Assembly (NCBI GenBank): GCA_965218585.1
Contig: CBDCLE010000019.1
Coordinates: forward strand, 64,001 to 128,000
Direction of reading: 5' to 3'
DNA: 64,000 nucleotides
Source of the DNA: Terriglobia bacterium
GTDB taxonomy: Bacteria > Acidobacteriota > Terriglobia > 20CM-2-55-15
This document shows positions 10,236 through 19,652 of this stretch, piece after piece (position 1 is the stretch's first letter; each line of letters opens with the position of its first letter). Below the pieces are notes generated by a model that was not told the origin of the DNA, did not search any database, and saw nothing but the letters and a program-made list of their open reading frames with translations. Both the position numbers and the translations under genes were made by a program.

Positions 10236-12914
10236 GTGATGACAACGCGAATTGAAATTTCCGGAGAACCCGTACATTCCATATCGGATGCATGGTTTCT
10301 GGAAAGGCTGGACGAGTGGGCCGACAAGGACCCCACACGCTTCGCCTTTGCTGTCGATCATTCCGATCGTCTAGAGGAGTACTCGTACGAGGATGTCTCC
10401 CAACATTCTCGACGCGTAGCAGCGAGTCTTGCGGCGAAGGGGATCGGCGCCGGAGACCGGGTCGGGATACTCATGGAAAACTGTCCCCATTGGGTGTTCG
10501 CCCTCCTCGGGATTCTCCGTGTCGGAGGTGTTGGTGTACCGTTGTCGACACTCTTGCCAGCTCCGTCCGTTCGGAGGCTGGTTGACCACGCCGAATGCCG
10601 TCTTGTGTTTGCTGACGAGTCGAATCTTGACACGATCCTGGAGGCGCTCAAGGGAAGCCCGATTCCGGTTGTTGCAACCGCGACGGATCCGGCAGTCCAG
10701 AACTGGGAGTCGTTCCTCGAGAAAGGTGAGGGAACAGAGTGGACGCCTGCCCTCTCTCCTGATGGTACTGCAGTGTTGATGTACACGTCGGGAACGACTG
10801 GAGATCCTAAAGGTGTGCGGATATCCACGAAAGGTATTTCACAGGACATCTACGGCATCGTAGAGTTGCTCGAACTTTCGCCGGATCATCGCATTCTGTC
10901 CGTTCTGCCTTTTTCCCATGTCCTGCCGCTTGTGGCTAACGGGCTCGGTGCTCTGGCCGCGGGTTGTGGTGTTGTCTTTCTAACTGCGATTTCACCTCAA
11001 CGTATCGTGGATGCTTTCAAACGTTACCGAATCAGTTTTTTCGTTTGCGTGCCCCAGTTTTTCTATGCCGTTCACAAGAAGATCTTTGGTCAGGTCGCAG
11101 AACTCGGATGGGTTCAGCGAAAGCTGTTCAAGCTGCTGCTGGGTCTATCCAGAAGGGTCAACAACCCGAGACTGAGCCGCCGGTTATTTTCCAAGATCCA
11201 TCAGTCCGTTGGCCCTGACCTTGATCTTCTTGTTACAGGCGGTTCGCGTTTCGAACCTGCCGTGGCCGAGGATTTCCAGGCTCTGGGCTACACGATGGTG
11301 CAGGCGTACGGACTGACAGAAACCAGCGCAGCTGCCACGATCACACCGGTGAGTCGCAATGCAGTTGGAACCGTTGGCCTCCCTCTCAGAGGTGTCAGCG
11401 TTCGCATCGACCATCCCAACGACACAGGTGTCGGCGAGGTGTGTATTGCGGGTGCCGTTCTGATGCAGGGGTACTACCGCAATCCCGAAGCTACGGATGA
11501 AGCTGTGAAGAACGGGTGGTTGCACACGGGTGACCTCGGAAAGTTGGACAAAGAGGGCAACCTGACTCTTACTGGGCGAAGCAAGGACGTGATCGTTCTC
11601 TCAAACGGAAAGAACATCTATCCGGAAGAGGTCGAGGAGCACCTCGAAAAATGCCCCTACATCAAGGAAATGTGCGTGATGGGAATGCCCGACACCTCGG
11701 GACCCGGAGACACGCTTCACGCTGTCGTGGTTCCTGATCTGGATGAATTCCGCAGGCTCAACCAGACTTCGATTGCCGAAATGATCCGTTACGAGTTGGA
11801 AAATCGTTCGAAAGAGTTGGCGTCTTTCATGCGAGTCCATTCCATGACGGTTCGGAACGAACCCCTTCCACGCACCTTGACGCGGAAGCTCAAGAGGTTC
11901 GAGATCTACGAAGAGGAGACCGCGCAGTCCCGGTCCGAGAGAACCCCTGAGGGAGGCGTCACTGACCACGAACAGTTAGCCGAAGGCATCGGAAAGGCCG
12001 TGGCCGAAGCTATCCATGACGCGAAACAAGATGTCGGGGCCCTGGAACCTGATATGAACTTCGATCTCGACCTGGGATTCGACTCCCTGGGCCGGGTCGA
12101 ACTTTTAGCCGAGATCGAGGCCGAGCTAGGCGTCGAGATTCCGGAAGATAGGTTGAACCAAATCCTCACGATTGGAGAGCTTGTACAGGCTCTCGAAGAT
12201 GCTGGACGGATCGATGGCGATGGCCCGAGGGGTTGGAAAGGGAAGCTTACCGGCGATGGAGACGAGGAGCTTGCGCGCCAGTACATAAAGCAATCGCGCG
12301 CGAGTCTTACGTTCTTCGGTTTCCCGACGATCCGGTTGCTTGGGATGATCGCCAAAATCCCGTTCCGTACGAAGACAAGGGGACTGGAAAAACTTCCCGC
12401 TACTGGACCCTACCTTATTTGTCCAAACCACGTGTCCTACCTCGACCCGTTCCTGCTGTGCTCGGTCCTTCCATTCCGTGTGATTCGGGACATATTCATC
12501 CTGGGATATACCGATTATTTCGAAGGACCAATCAGCAGCAGACTGGGAAGTAGTGTCAACATCGTACCCGTCGACCCAAACGCCAATCTCACACGCGCCA
12601 TGCGAATTGCAGCCGTTGGCCTTCGGAAGAATAGAATCCTGCTGGTGTTTCCTGAGGGTGAGCGTAGCATCGACGGTAATTTGGCGGAGTTCAAAAAGGG
12701 CGCGTCGATTCTTTCTGTGGAATTGAGCGTACCGATCGTTCCTGTGGGAATAAGCGGGACGTTTGAAGCCTGGCCACGGGGTGGCGAACTTCACGCGCAT
12801 CCCGTCGAGATCAGGATCGGAGATCCAATTTATCCAGACGGAAGCGAGCCGGGTGACCGGTACGAGGTGCTCAACGACACACTAAAAGACGCGATTGGCC
12901 GGCTTCTGAAATAG
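10236..12914 (+). CDS. Tridomain acyl-AMP ligase / acyl carrier / lysophospholipid acyltransferase protein
   Basis: YTSGTTGDPKG, YGLTE, TGDLG (AMP-binding); DLGFDSLGRVEL (phosphopantetheine Ser); PNHVSYLD and FPEGERS (PlsC-type). Confidence 0.9.
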   Translation: MMTTRIEISGEPVHSISDAWFLERLDEWADKDPTRFAFAVDHSDRLEEYSYEDVSQHSRRVAASLAAKGIGAGDRVGILMENCPHWVFALLGILRVGGVGVPLSTLLPAPSVRRLVDHAECRLVFADESNLDTILEALKGSPIPVVATATDPAVQNWESFLEKGEGTEWTPALSPDGTAVLMYTSGTTGDPKGVRISTKGISQDIYGIVELLELSPDHRILSVLPFSHVLPLVANGLGALAAGCGVVFLTAISPQRIVDAFKRYRISFFVCVPQFFYAVHKKIFGQVAELGWVQRKLFKLLLGLSRRVNNPRLSRRLFSKIHQSVGPDLDLLVTGGSRFEPAVAEDFQALGYTMVQAYGLTETSAAATITPVSRNAVGTVGLPLRGVSVRIDHPNDTGVGEVCIAGAVLMQGYYRNPEATDEAVKNGWLHTGDLGKLDKEGNLTLTGRSKDVIVLSNGKNIYPEEVEEHLEKCPYIKEMCVMGMPDTSGPGDTLHAVVVPDLDEFRRLNQTSIAEMIRYELENRSKELASFMRVHSMTVRNEPLPRTLTRKLKRFEIYEEETAQSRSERTPEGGVTDHEQLAEGIGKAVAEAIHDAKQDVGALEPDMNFDLDLGFDSLGRVELLAEIEAELGVEIPEDRLNQILTIGELVQALEDAGRIDGDGPRGWKGKLTGDGDEELARQYIKQSRASLTFFGFPTIRLLGMIAKIPFRTKTRGLEKLPATGPYLICPNHVSYLDPFLLCSVLPFRVIRDIFILGYTDYFEGPISSRLGSSVNIVPVDPNANLTRAMRIAAVGLRKNRILLVFPEGERSIDGNLAEFKKGASILSVELSVPIVPVGISGTFEAWPRGGELHAHPVEIRIGDPIYPDGSEPGDRYEVLNDTLKDAIGRLLK

Positions 12915-12978
12915 GGATGGTGTTTTGACGATTGAGGTGCCGGGCGCAGGAATCGAGGGAAGGTTGTTTCCTGCAGAG

Positions 12979-15132
12979 CTATGTAACCCTGGAGATCGCT
13001 CGCATGGCGTTAAGAAGCTTCCAACTTTCATCAGCGGCGTTCAGGTCTGGAGAAGCGGGGTCGTACAGGGCTCGTGTAGCCAGTCCGCTGATTCCACGAA
13101 ACGTATTCGGCACCGGTAGGCCTTGCGATTCGAGTTTCGTGATGTAATCCACAGGGCTCTCATGCACTTGCCTTACGGGATATCCTCTAAGCTTCATAAG
13201 ATTCAAGGCCTTCAGATAATCTCGCACCACCTTGCCACGTGAAGGTCCGGCAAGCGATCCATATCCCCCAACGCGTCCCTTGGGCGGTCGTCTTCGCCGG
13301 AGTTTTACAAAGAACGCCCACAGCGCTGCAAACACGACGGAAGCCGAGAGGATGGCCATGAATACCGGCAGCTCGTTAAAGGTGGTTACTGCTGCGACAG
13401 TCCCAATCGCAACGCCAGGCATTCCGAACAACCAACTTGCGAATTGAGTGCGCATGACGTCCTGGGCCGTCCGGGTAGCACCTATAGAACCGGCGTCCAG
13501 AGCCCATGGTGAATCAGGACGGGGAGTAGGAGCGAAAGCGACCCACCCATGCTCGATGAACTTTATTTCCACCCACGCGTGGGCATCTTGAAATCTTACA
13601 GTGTGAGCGCCAGTCAGACTACTGTAGACGCCCGGGACGTAACCTGTTGCCACACGAGCGGGCAATCCCACCAATCTTGCCATCACCGCCATCGCGGTTG
13701 CGAACTGAGCGCAATAGCCAGCCTGTCGCCCGAAAAGAAAGTCGTCAACTACATCGCCGAACGGCGAGAGTGGGGGAACACTCAGGTCATATCGAAAGTT
13801 GATGAGAAGGTACTGCTCAAGACGAGCCGCCTTTTGGAAATCCGATGTGGATTCTGCAACGATGTCGTTGGCGAGGTTCTCAACCCGCTGAGGAACAACA
13901 AGCGGTTCCTGCCTCTCCAGGTAGCCAAAGTCGACGGAATCAAGAATCAACTGGTCCGGCGTTAGATCGGGAACGGCGGAAGTTACGCTGTAGCTATTGG
14001 CTGCGCGTAATCGCTCGAAGTTCCGAGGGAGGCTGGATGAGAAACCTACGGTTCCGGTTGCGTCCAAGATGGCGACATATCCGGGGCTGTATCCCGTGAA
14101 GATGGCGTTCGGTTGTATCACTTGAGGGGAGAAGGTTTGTACGTAGCGTCCGAATCCCAGTCCTCTTAGTGAGGCATCGCTAAACCTCAGTCGTCCAAAT
14201 CGGTCCACCTCGATTTGCGACATCGTGTCGACGCTCCTCCAGCCTCTTCCGTCGTATTCTTCGAGGACTTGGCCACGCCAGAAACTAGCCAGGGGACTCC
14301 GAACGTACATCACGATGTCGTCTTCGCGTTCACCGGTGTACCCCAATGTGGCGTAACCGGAGGAAGGACTCATGCCAACTGTCCCCATGGCGCCAGCGTT
14401 ATTTGCCAAGTCTGAAGGCAGGAATCCGCTGGACTCGACTGTGTCGCCCGCAGCCAATGGAGCCGGTGTTGTGGGTCGGCCCACGGTCAGGTCCAGGCGA
14501 CTGGGGAGTGGAGAGGCGTCCTGGAGTAAGTAGGATTGAGGAACAACAAGAAAGACCCCGATGCTCACTATCAGCGTAATCGGGATGAGTCCTGTAATGG
14601 CGATTGCTAGACCTTCCATCCGGATCGAGCTCAGACGCTCAATCTGAATTGATTCGTTGGTGGAGTTTGCTGCAACAAAAAAGATCAGTGCGACAAGGCT
14701 AAACGCGAATATGAACACGAGAAACAAGGGTGTTAAGGCTGCCTCACTTGCCAGCAGAAGCACTGCCATGCTCAGAAGAAAAGAATCGTAAAGGCTGCGT
14801 AACGTGCGTAAGGTAAAGCTCGTCATCACTTGGAAGACGGCGAGTAGTTTTGCCATCAAGAAGAGCGAGCCACCTGTGACGATAATTATGAACTCGGCCC
14901 ACGTTGCCGAGATCAGCAAGAGCGCAATTGCGAAAATAGCCAGATCGAGCCGGAACTTTTTAGGTCGGACGGAAACGAGGTGTCCCACTCCTACAACAAG
15001 TATGAAGAGGATGTAGAGGGGGTTGCCCCCGGATGCCCATGAGACTGCGCCCAGTGCCAGAGCCGTTCCAGCGAAAGTAAGAATGTGTAGAAGAAATCTG
15101 GCTTGCCCCTCGAGAGTTCGTTCACCCTGCAC
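12979..15132 (-). CDS. Membrane transglutaminase-like protein (TgpA/DUF3488 type); 5' end uncertain
   Basis: About 6 N-terminal TMs, FWRGQV..YDGRGW, GYCAQFATAM (catalytic Cys), DAHAWVE; family DPTP appears as APTP. Confidence 0.85.
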   Translation of the reverse strand: MQGERTLEGQARFLLHILTFAGTALALGAVSWASGGNPLYILFILVVGVGHLVSVRPKKFRLDLAIFAIALLLISATWAEFIIIVTGGSLFLMAKLLAVFQVMTSFTLRTLRSLYDSFLLSMAVLLLASEAALTPLFLVFIFAFSLVALIFFVAANSTNESIQIERLSSIRMEGLAIAITGLIPITLIVSIGVFLVVPQSYLLQDASPLPSRLDLTVGRPTTPAPLAAGDTVESSGFLPSDLANNAGAMGTVGMSPSSGYATLGYTGEREDDIVMYVRSPLASFWRGQVLEEYDGRGWRSVDTMSQIEVDRFGRLRFSDASLRGLGFGRYVQTFSPQVIQPNAIFTGYSPGYVAILDATGTVGFSSSLPRNFERLRAANSYSVTSAVPDLTPDQLILDSVDFGYLERQEPLVVPQRVENLANDIVAESTSDFQKAARLEQYLLINFRYDLSVPPLSPFGDVVDDFLFGRQAGYCAQFATAMAVMARLVGLPARVATGYVPGVYSSLTGAHTVRFQDAHAWVEIKFIEHGWVAFAPTPRPDSPWALDAGSIGATRTAQDVMRTQFASWLFGMPGVAIGTVAAVTTFNELPVFMAILSASVVFAALWAFFVKLRRRRPPKGRVGGYGSLAGPSRGKVVRDYLKALNLMKLRGYPVRQVHESPVDYITKLESQGLPVPNTFRGISGLATRALYDPASPDLNAADESWKLLNAMRAISRVT

Positions 15133-15869
15133 AGGACTACTGTCAGACCATGATTCGAGAGTTCGTGGCGAGCTTGCATGTCTTCTCGCGAATCAAACCC
15201 TTCCATCATAACGACTACGATGTCCTGAGGATACTGAACCCCCAAAAGCTGCTGTAAGGCGGCTTGGTCGGCAGCGGAAATGGCCATAATTGAGATCCCT
15301 TTCGGATCCCTATAACTGAGCAACTCGCTTACCGATGGTTGCGGCTCGGCCTGTATGCGCGCCAGATGTTCGAGTACGTTATGCCAGTTTGTGAGGTCCG
15401 TCTTTGTGCCGCCCGGCCACATTCGAAACGGTCGTCCATCGTTGAAGGCGTAACGGGCAAGGCTCGCTGCAATTTTTATCGCGTATTCCAGTGTCGTCTC
15501 CCGGCCCGTTCCGAGGTTTACTCCCGGATTGAACGCCATTCTCAGTTCTACCCGAGGCGTCTGGTCAAACTGTTTCACCATGAGTCGTCCACTTCTTGCG
15601 GAGTTCTTCCAATGGATGTGTCGGAGATCGTCTGATTGTTGAAATTCCCGGGAGCTTCTCACCTCCCCGGCGTAAGTTGGCCGACTAAACCTTGGCGAAT
15701 CACCCTGAAGAGCACCTTGGTTGACGGCGATATCTAGGGGCAACACCTTCGGATACACAGTCACTTCCATTGGGGCGGCGAGAGAGCGGACTGCCTGAAA
15801 GAATCCAAACGGGGCTGAGCTCTGCACGCGAAGCGGGGGGAACGAGTACACGCCCCGGCGGTAACAGGT
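14991..15869 (-). pseudogene. DUF58-family protein, 5'-truncated by IS21
   Basis: RRGVYSFPPL..PFGFF, VTVYP, REFQQSDDLRHIHWKNSAR, EYAIKIAASLA; upstream sequence is the IS end; 3' end overlaps the TgpA start. Confidence 0.8.
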
Positions 15870-16072
15870 TCGCTTTGACAACGTAAAAAGAGCCCACCCC
15901 GATCGAGTAAAAAGGACCCACCCCCCGGGTTAATGGTTTGTAAGTAAATCCGCCGTCGGGGTTGCGGGAAGTGTGGAAGCCGAAAGCTTCCAAGCCGCGG
16001 TGGTAACGCGCCGGCTTTGCAGCGGGTTTCCACGGTGGCGGCACTTTCCACAGCCGCTCGCTCGCGTGTGTT

Positions 16073-16864
16073 TCACGCGGAGCCTTCGGCGGACCGGGGT
16101 TTCTTCTTCCGCTTGTTGGCGGCACCGAGACTCTCGGTGAACCGGATGCTTTCCCAATCGAACTGATGAATCGCGCAGTGATGGGTCAATCGGTCCAACA
16201 GGGCCGCGGTCAGGGCGGCATCGCCGAACACGCTGGTCCACTGCGCAAACGGCAGGTTCGACGTCACGATGAGGGAACCCTTTTCGTACCGGTCCGAGAA
16301 GACCTGAAACAGCAACTGGGCACCCTCGGCCGAGAACGGGATATAGCCGACCTCGTCGACGATGAGCAGCTCGAAGCGGGACAACTTCGCCAGTTGCTGC
16401 TTCAACTGTCGCTCCTCACGGGACTCGATCAGCGAATTGACCCGCCCCGCGGCCGTGGTGAACCCGACGCGGTAGCCCCTCCGGCAGGCTTCCACGCCCC
16501 ACACCGTCGCGGCGTGAGTCTTGCCGGTGCCGTGCTTGCCCAACAACACAACGTTCTCGCACCGGGTGATGGTGTCGCACTCGGCATAGTCGCGCACCTG
16601 GACCGCATCCAGTGCCGGCCACTTGTTCAGGTCGGTCGTTTCCAGGGTTTTCAACCGTGGGAACCGGGCCGTGCGCAACCGGCGCTGGATCTGATTGGCT
16701 TGCCGCTGTTCCAACTCACGACTGGCCAGAGCCAGCAGAAAGCCGGGGTACCCCTCGCCGGCTTCCTTGGCCTGCCGGCCGTATTCCCGCCAGGCACGGA
16801 CCATGGCCGGCAACCGGAGCTGCCGCAATGCGTCGTCCAGGACCACCTCCTGACCCGGAGTCAT
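16073..16864 (-). CDS. istB: IstB AAA+ ATPase
   Basis: GKHGTGKT Walker [25 protein letters not shown]. Confidence 0.95.
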   Translation of the reverse strand: MTPGQEVVLDDALRQLRLPAMVRAWREYGRQAKEAGEGYPGFLLALASRELEQRQANQIQRRLRTARFPRLKTLETTDLNKWPALDAVQVRDYAECDTITRCENVVLLGKHGTGKTHAATVWGVEACRRGYRVGFTTAAGRVNSLIESREERQLKQQLAKLSRFELLIVDEVGYIPFSAEGAQLLFQVFSDRYEKGSLIVTSNLPFAQWTSVFGDAALTAALLDRLTHHCAIHQFDWESIRFTESLGAANKRKKKPRSAEGSA

Positions 16865-18390
16865 CGCACACCTCCAGCCAACAGGTCGTATCGATTCAGA
16901 TCGGTTCCGGCAATCGCCCGGTCCGTGATCCCGGGCATCAGTCCGGACTCAAGCGGGGCATGGGATCGGGCGGGCGCGTCCTCCCGCATCAGAATGTGCC
17001 GCACCGCTTCCAGTTCGGCGCAGTGGGCATCGAGCGCATCCTGGACGGCGGCCGACACCCGGCCCAGATCCCAGTCCTGGTGGAGTTGCAGGATGCTGAT
17101 GAACTCCCGGGTGCCCCGGCTGTACCCATGCCGGTCCCGCAACCGCTCCAGCACCGTCTCGTAATGGGCCGGCCACTGGGGCCGCCACTGCCGGATCGGG
17201 CGGGCACTCTCAAACGAGGCCACCTTCCGCCGGATCAACTCCAGGTAGTGCAACGGATCGGTCCGCCAGTCGCTATGACCGAAGGCGCGGGCATGTTCGG
17301 CCACCTTCTTCTGGTCCGCGTAAAAGCTCACCCGGTCACAGCCGATATGGGCCCAGAGCCGGCGTCCCACATACGCGGTCGGCACCGAGTAGCGGTTCGA
17401 ATCCACCTGGGCGGCCTGGTACCGGCTGATCCGCACGCCCACCACCTTCGTGTTTTCGAATGGCGTCTCGGGCAGCGCCAACAGGCGCTCTTTCTCGACC
17501 GCGTGCCGTTCCCCGATCGTGCGGGCGTCGGCCCGGCCGCCGATCCGGCGCTGCTCGTCGGTCGCGCAGCGTTCCAGCAGCTGCGCGTTCAGTTCCTCGA
17601 AGTCGGCCACCTCGGGAATCGGCACCAGGAAATTCCGGCGTGCGAAACCGATCAGGCCCTCGACACCACCTTTCTCCTGGCCCCGGGCCGGATTACAGAA
17701 CCGCGCTTCAAAGGTGTAGTGGGCTCGTAACGCCGTGAACCGGTCCTGCTCGATCCGGGCCTTCCCCCTCAGAATCCGCCTCACAGCTGTCTTCAGGTTA
17801 TCGAAGACCACGGCCGGGAATACGCCGCCGTACCAGCCGAACGCCCGGATGTGACCGTCCAGGAACATCGCCTGCCGTTCCCGCGGATACGCCCGCACGA
17901 ACGACTTGCCCGAGTACCGGCTCCGCATGCAGAACAGTTTGACCTGAACGTCTTCACCCTTCATCCGGACCCAGCCCGTCCCCCAGTCCACTTCCGCTTC
18001 CCGCGCCTGTTCCGGATCCAGCGGCACCACCGCCCCCGGCCGGTGCCAGCCCAAACGCATCTTCCGCTCCCGGACCCATCGCCGCACCGTCGGCTCGGCT
18101 CCGGTGAACCCATGTTCATCGACCAGGCGCCGCCATACCCGGTGCGCCGTGTGCCGCTGCTTGACCGGCTGCTCCCGATCGGCCCGCAGCCAGCCCTCCA
18201 CGATCCCGGCCACCGGGTCCATCACCGGACAGGCCGGCTCCTTCTCCCGCCGATACTTCGGCTCCTGGCCGGCCAATACTTTCCGGACCGTCCGTCTCGT
18301 GTGCCCGGTCTCCCGGGCGATCTGTCGAATGCTTTTCTTGTAAACTCGATGTGCGGTCCTGACCATCTCGTACTGATCCATCCCTAACAA
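16861..18390 (-). CDS. istA: IstA DDE transposase
   Basis: N-terminal HTH, EVDWG, VFDNLKTAV, EKGGVE, NRYSVP. Confidence 0.95.
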   Translation of the reverse strand: MLGMDQYEMVRTAHRVYKKSIRQIARETGHTRRTVRKVLAGQEPKYRREKEPACPVMDPVAGIVEGWLRADREQPVKQRHTAHRVWRRLVDEHGFTGAEPTVRRWVRERKMRLGWHRPGAVVPLDPEQAREAEVDWGTGWVRMKGEDVQVKLFCMRSRYSGKSFVRAYPRERQAMFLDGHIRAFGWYGGVFPAVVFDNLKTAVRRILRGKARIEQDRFTALRAHYTFEARFCNPARGQEKGGVEGLIGFARRNFLVPIPEVADFEELNAQLLERCATDEQRRIGGRADARTIGERHAVEKERLLALPETPFENTKVVGVRISRYQAAQVDSNRYSVPTAYVGRRLWAHIGCDRVSFYADQKKVAEHARAFGHSDWRTDPLHYLELIRRKVASFESARPIRQWRPQWPAHYETVLERLRDRHGYSRGTREFISILQLHQDWDLGRVSAAVQDALDAHCAELEAVRHILMREDAPARSHAPLESGLMPGITDRAIAGTDLNRYDLLAGGVR

Positions 18391-18479
18391 CTCCTTATCC
18401 TCCCTCCGCCATGCCGGTTCATCCAGGCACTCGCCGGGGGAGGCTATCAGGGTGAGTCCTTTTTACGTTATCGAAATCA

Positions 18480-18727
18480 GGGGAGAACACCGGATTCTCG
18501 AAAATCGCGCGCTCCCCGACTGTGGTCACGAAATTTCCTTGGCGGTCGAATACGGTGAGTACTCGAGCGTTGGCCTCAAACTGTTGCGCATTCCGTATGG
18601 CATTGGCCTCGTCGTCGGCGTTGGCTGGGGTCGGCACCTGGGCCATGGCGGGCACAGGAGCCATGAGCAGGGCAGCAGACAGAGCAGCCCCCGTGATCAC
18701 GATCGCAACCTGGTCAGCATTCCTCAT
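18480..18727 (-). pseudogene. N-terminal fragment of a secreted TolB/PD40-repeat-like protein cut by IS21 #1
   Basis: Signal peptide ending AMA-Q, VFDRQG and PVFSPD motif immediately followed by the IS end; GGAGGG RBS. Confidence 0.55.
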
Positions 18728-18778
18728 GAGGAACCCTCCTTGCGGGGGTCGGCACCCGCCACACTCTTTACTCAGATT

Positions 18779-19138
18779 TCAACAGTTTTGCGGACACAAC
18801 GACACAACCTGGCCCTCGGGCAGGGTGATCATGCGAATGAGCCCAGAGAGAGAGCCGTCCCTGGCGCGACTGGCTTCCACCGTCACAGTCTCGCCGATGG
18901 CGTTCTCGAAATCGCTCTTATCGGCGCCCGCGAACGACCACGTTTCCACCAGCCCCTGGTCGCTCGTCACGTCGACGAACAAGTAGATGTGCGGATTCCT
19001 CCAGTCGAGCTCGGTGAGCGTGCCGATCCGTGTGAATCGCTGGTCAAAGTCGAAGACTACCGACATATTGTGGTGCGCCCATGCCGATCCCGTGACAATG
19101 ACGGCAAGAGCAATGGAAGCAAACATGCGCTTTTTCAT
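18779..19138 (-). CDS. DUF6152-family secreted OB-fold-like protein
   Basis: Signal peptide AWA-HH, FD, GTLTELDWRNPH, GETVTV. Confidence 0.75.
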   Translation of the reverse strand: MKKRMFASIALAVIVTGSAWAHHNMSVVFDFDQRFTRIGTLTELDWRNPHIYLFVDVTSDQGLVETWSFAGADKSDFENAIGETVTVEASRARDGSLSGLIRMITLPEGQVVSLCPQNC

Positions 19139-19164
19139 GCGGTGCTCCTGTGCCTATGCCACGC

Positions 19165-19245
19165 TCCTCGGCCCAGATTCTTCCATAGCACCCGCACCTA
19201 GCTGCTCGTGGATCTCATAGGGACCGAGTTTGGTGCCGATTCCAT
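19165..19245 (-). pseudogene. Short remnant of a Ser/Thr protein kinase N-terminus
   Basis: Minus strand reads ATG GA(A) ATC GGC ACC AAA CTC GGT CCC TAT GAG ATC... = (ME)IGTKLGPYEIHEQLGAGAM, matching the kinase start pattern GTxLGPYEIxxxLGAGGMG. Confidence 0.6.
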
Positions 19246-19652
19246 CGTTTTGGTGTGTCGTTAACTGGACCGTGAAATTCTCTGTAAATTCAACTACAGG
19301 TGGGGTTTATTAGCAAGAAAACTGTCAACGCTTGGTAATTCGCGCAATTCTCAACGTCCGACAAGATGATTTATCAGGACTTGAGGATGGATTCGTACGG
19401 ATAGCCGGTTATACAGGCAAGTGACTCGCATCGGGACTGGGATTTCCAGAAACCGCTTCTGGCCCCTTGAGTTGCACGAATCCTAAACACTAGGCGACAT
19501 TTCGTTACCGAATCGTTGCGGACTTCAAACAAGAAGGTTTGCGGGCGGAGTGCCACCCACTAAAGGCACCAACACCCGTACCAAAACCAGTTTGATGCCT
19601 TCGTAGTAAATTGCGAATTGTCCAGACCGATCAGACTCTGGACGTGTTTCGA

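Larger units (their letters stand above)
15870..18479 (-). mobile_element. IS21-family element #1 (istA-istB); ends approximate
   Basis: Terminal repeats AACGTAAAAAGAGCCCACCC and GAGTAAAAAGGACCCACCC (15880-15923), inverted to GGGTGAGTCCTTTTTACGTT (18450-18469); higher GC than its flanks; no target-site duplication. Confidence 0.88.
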
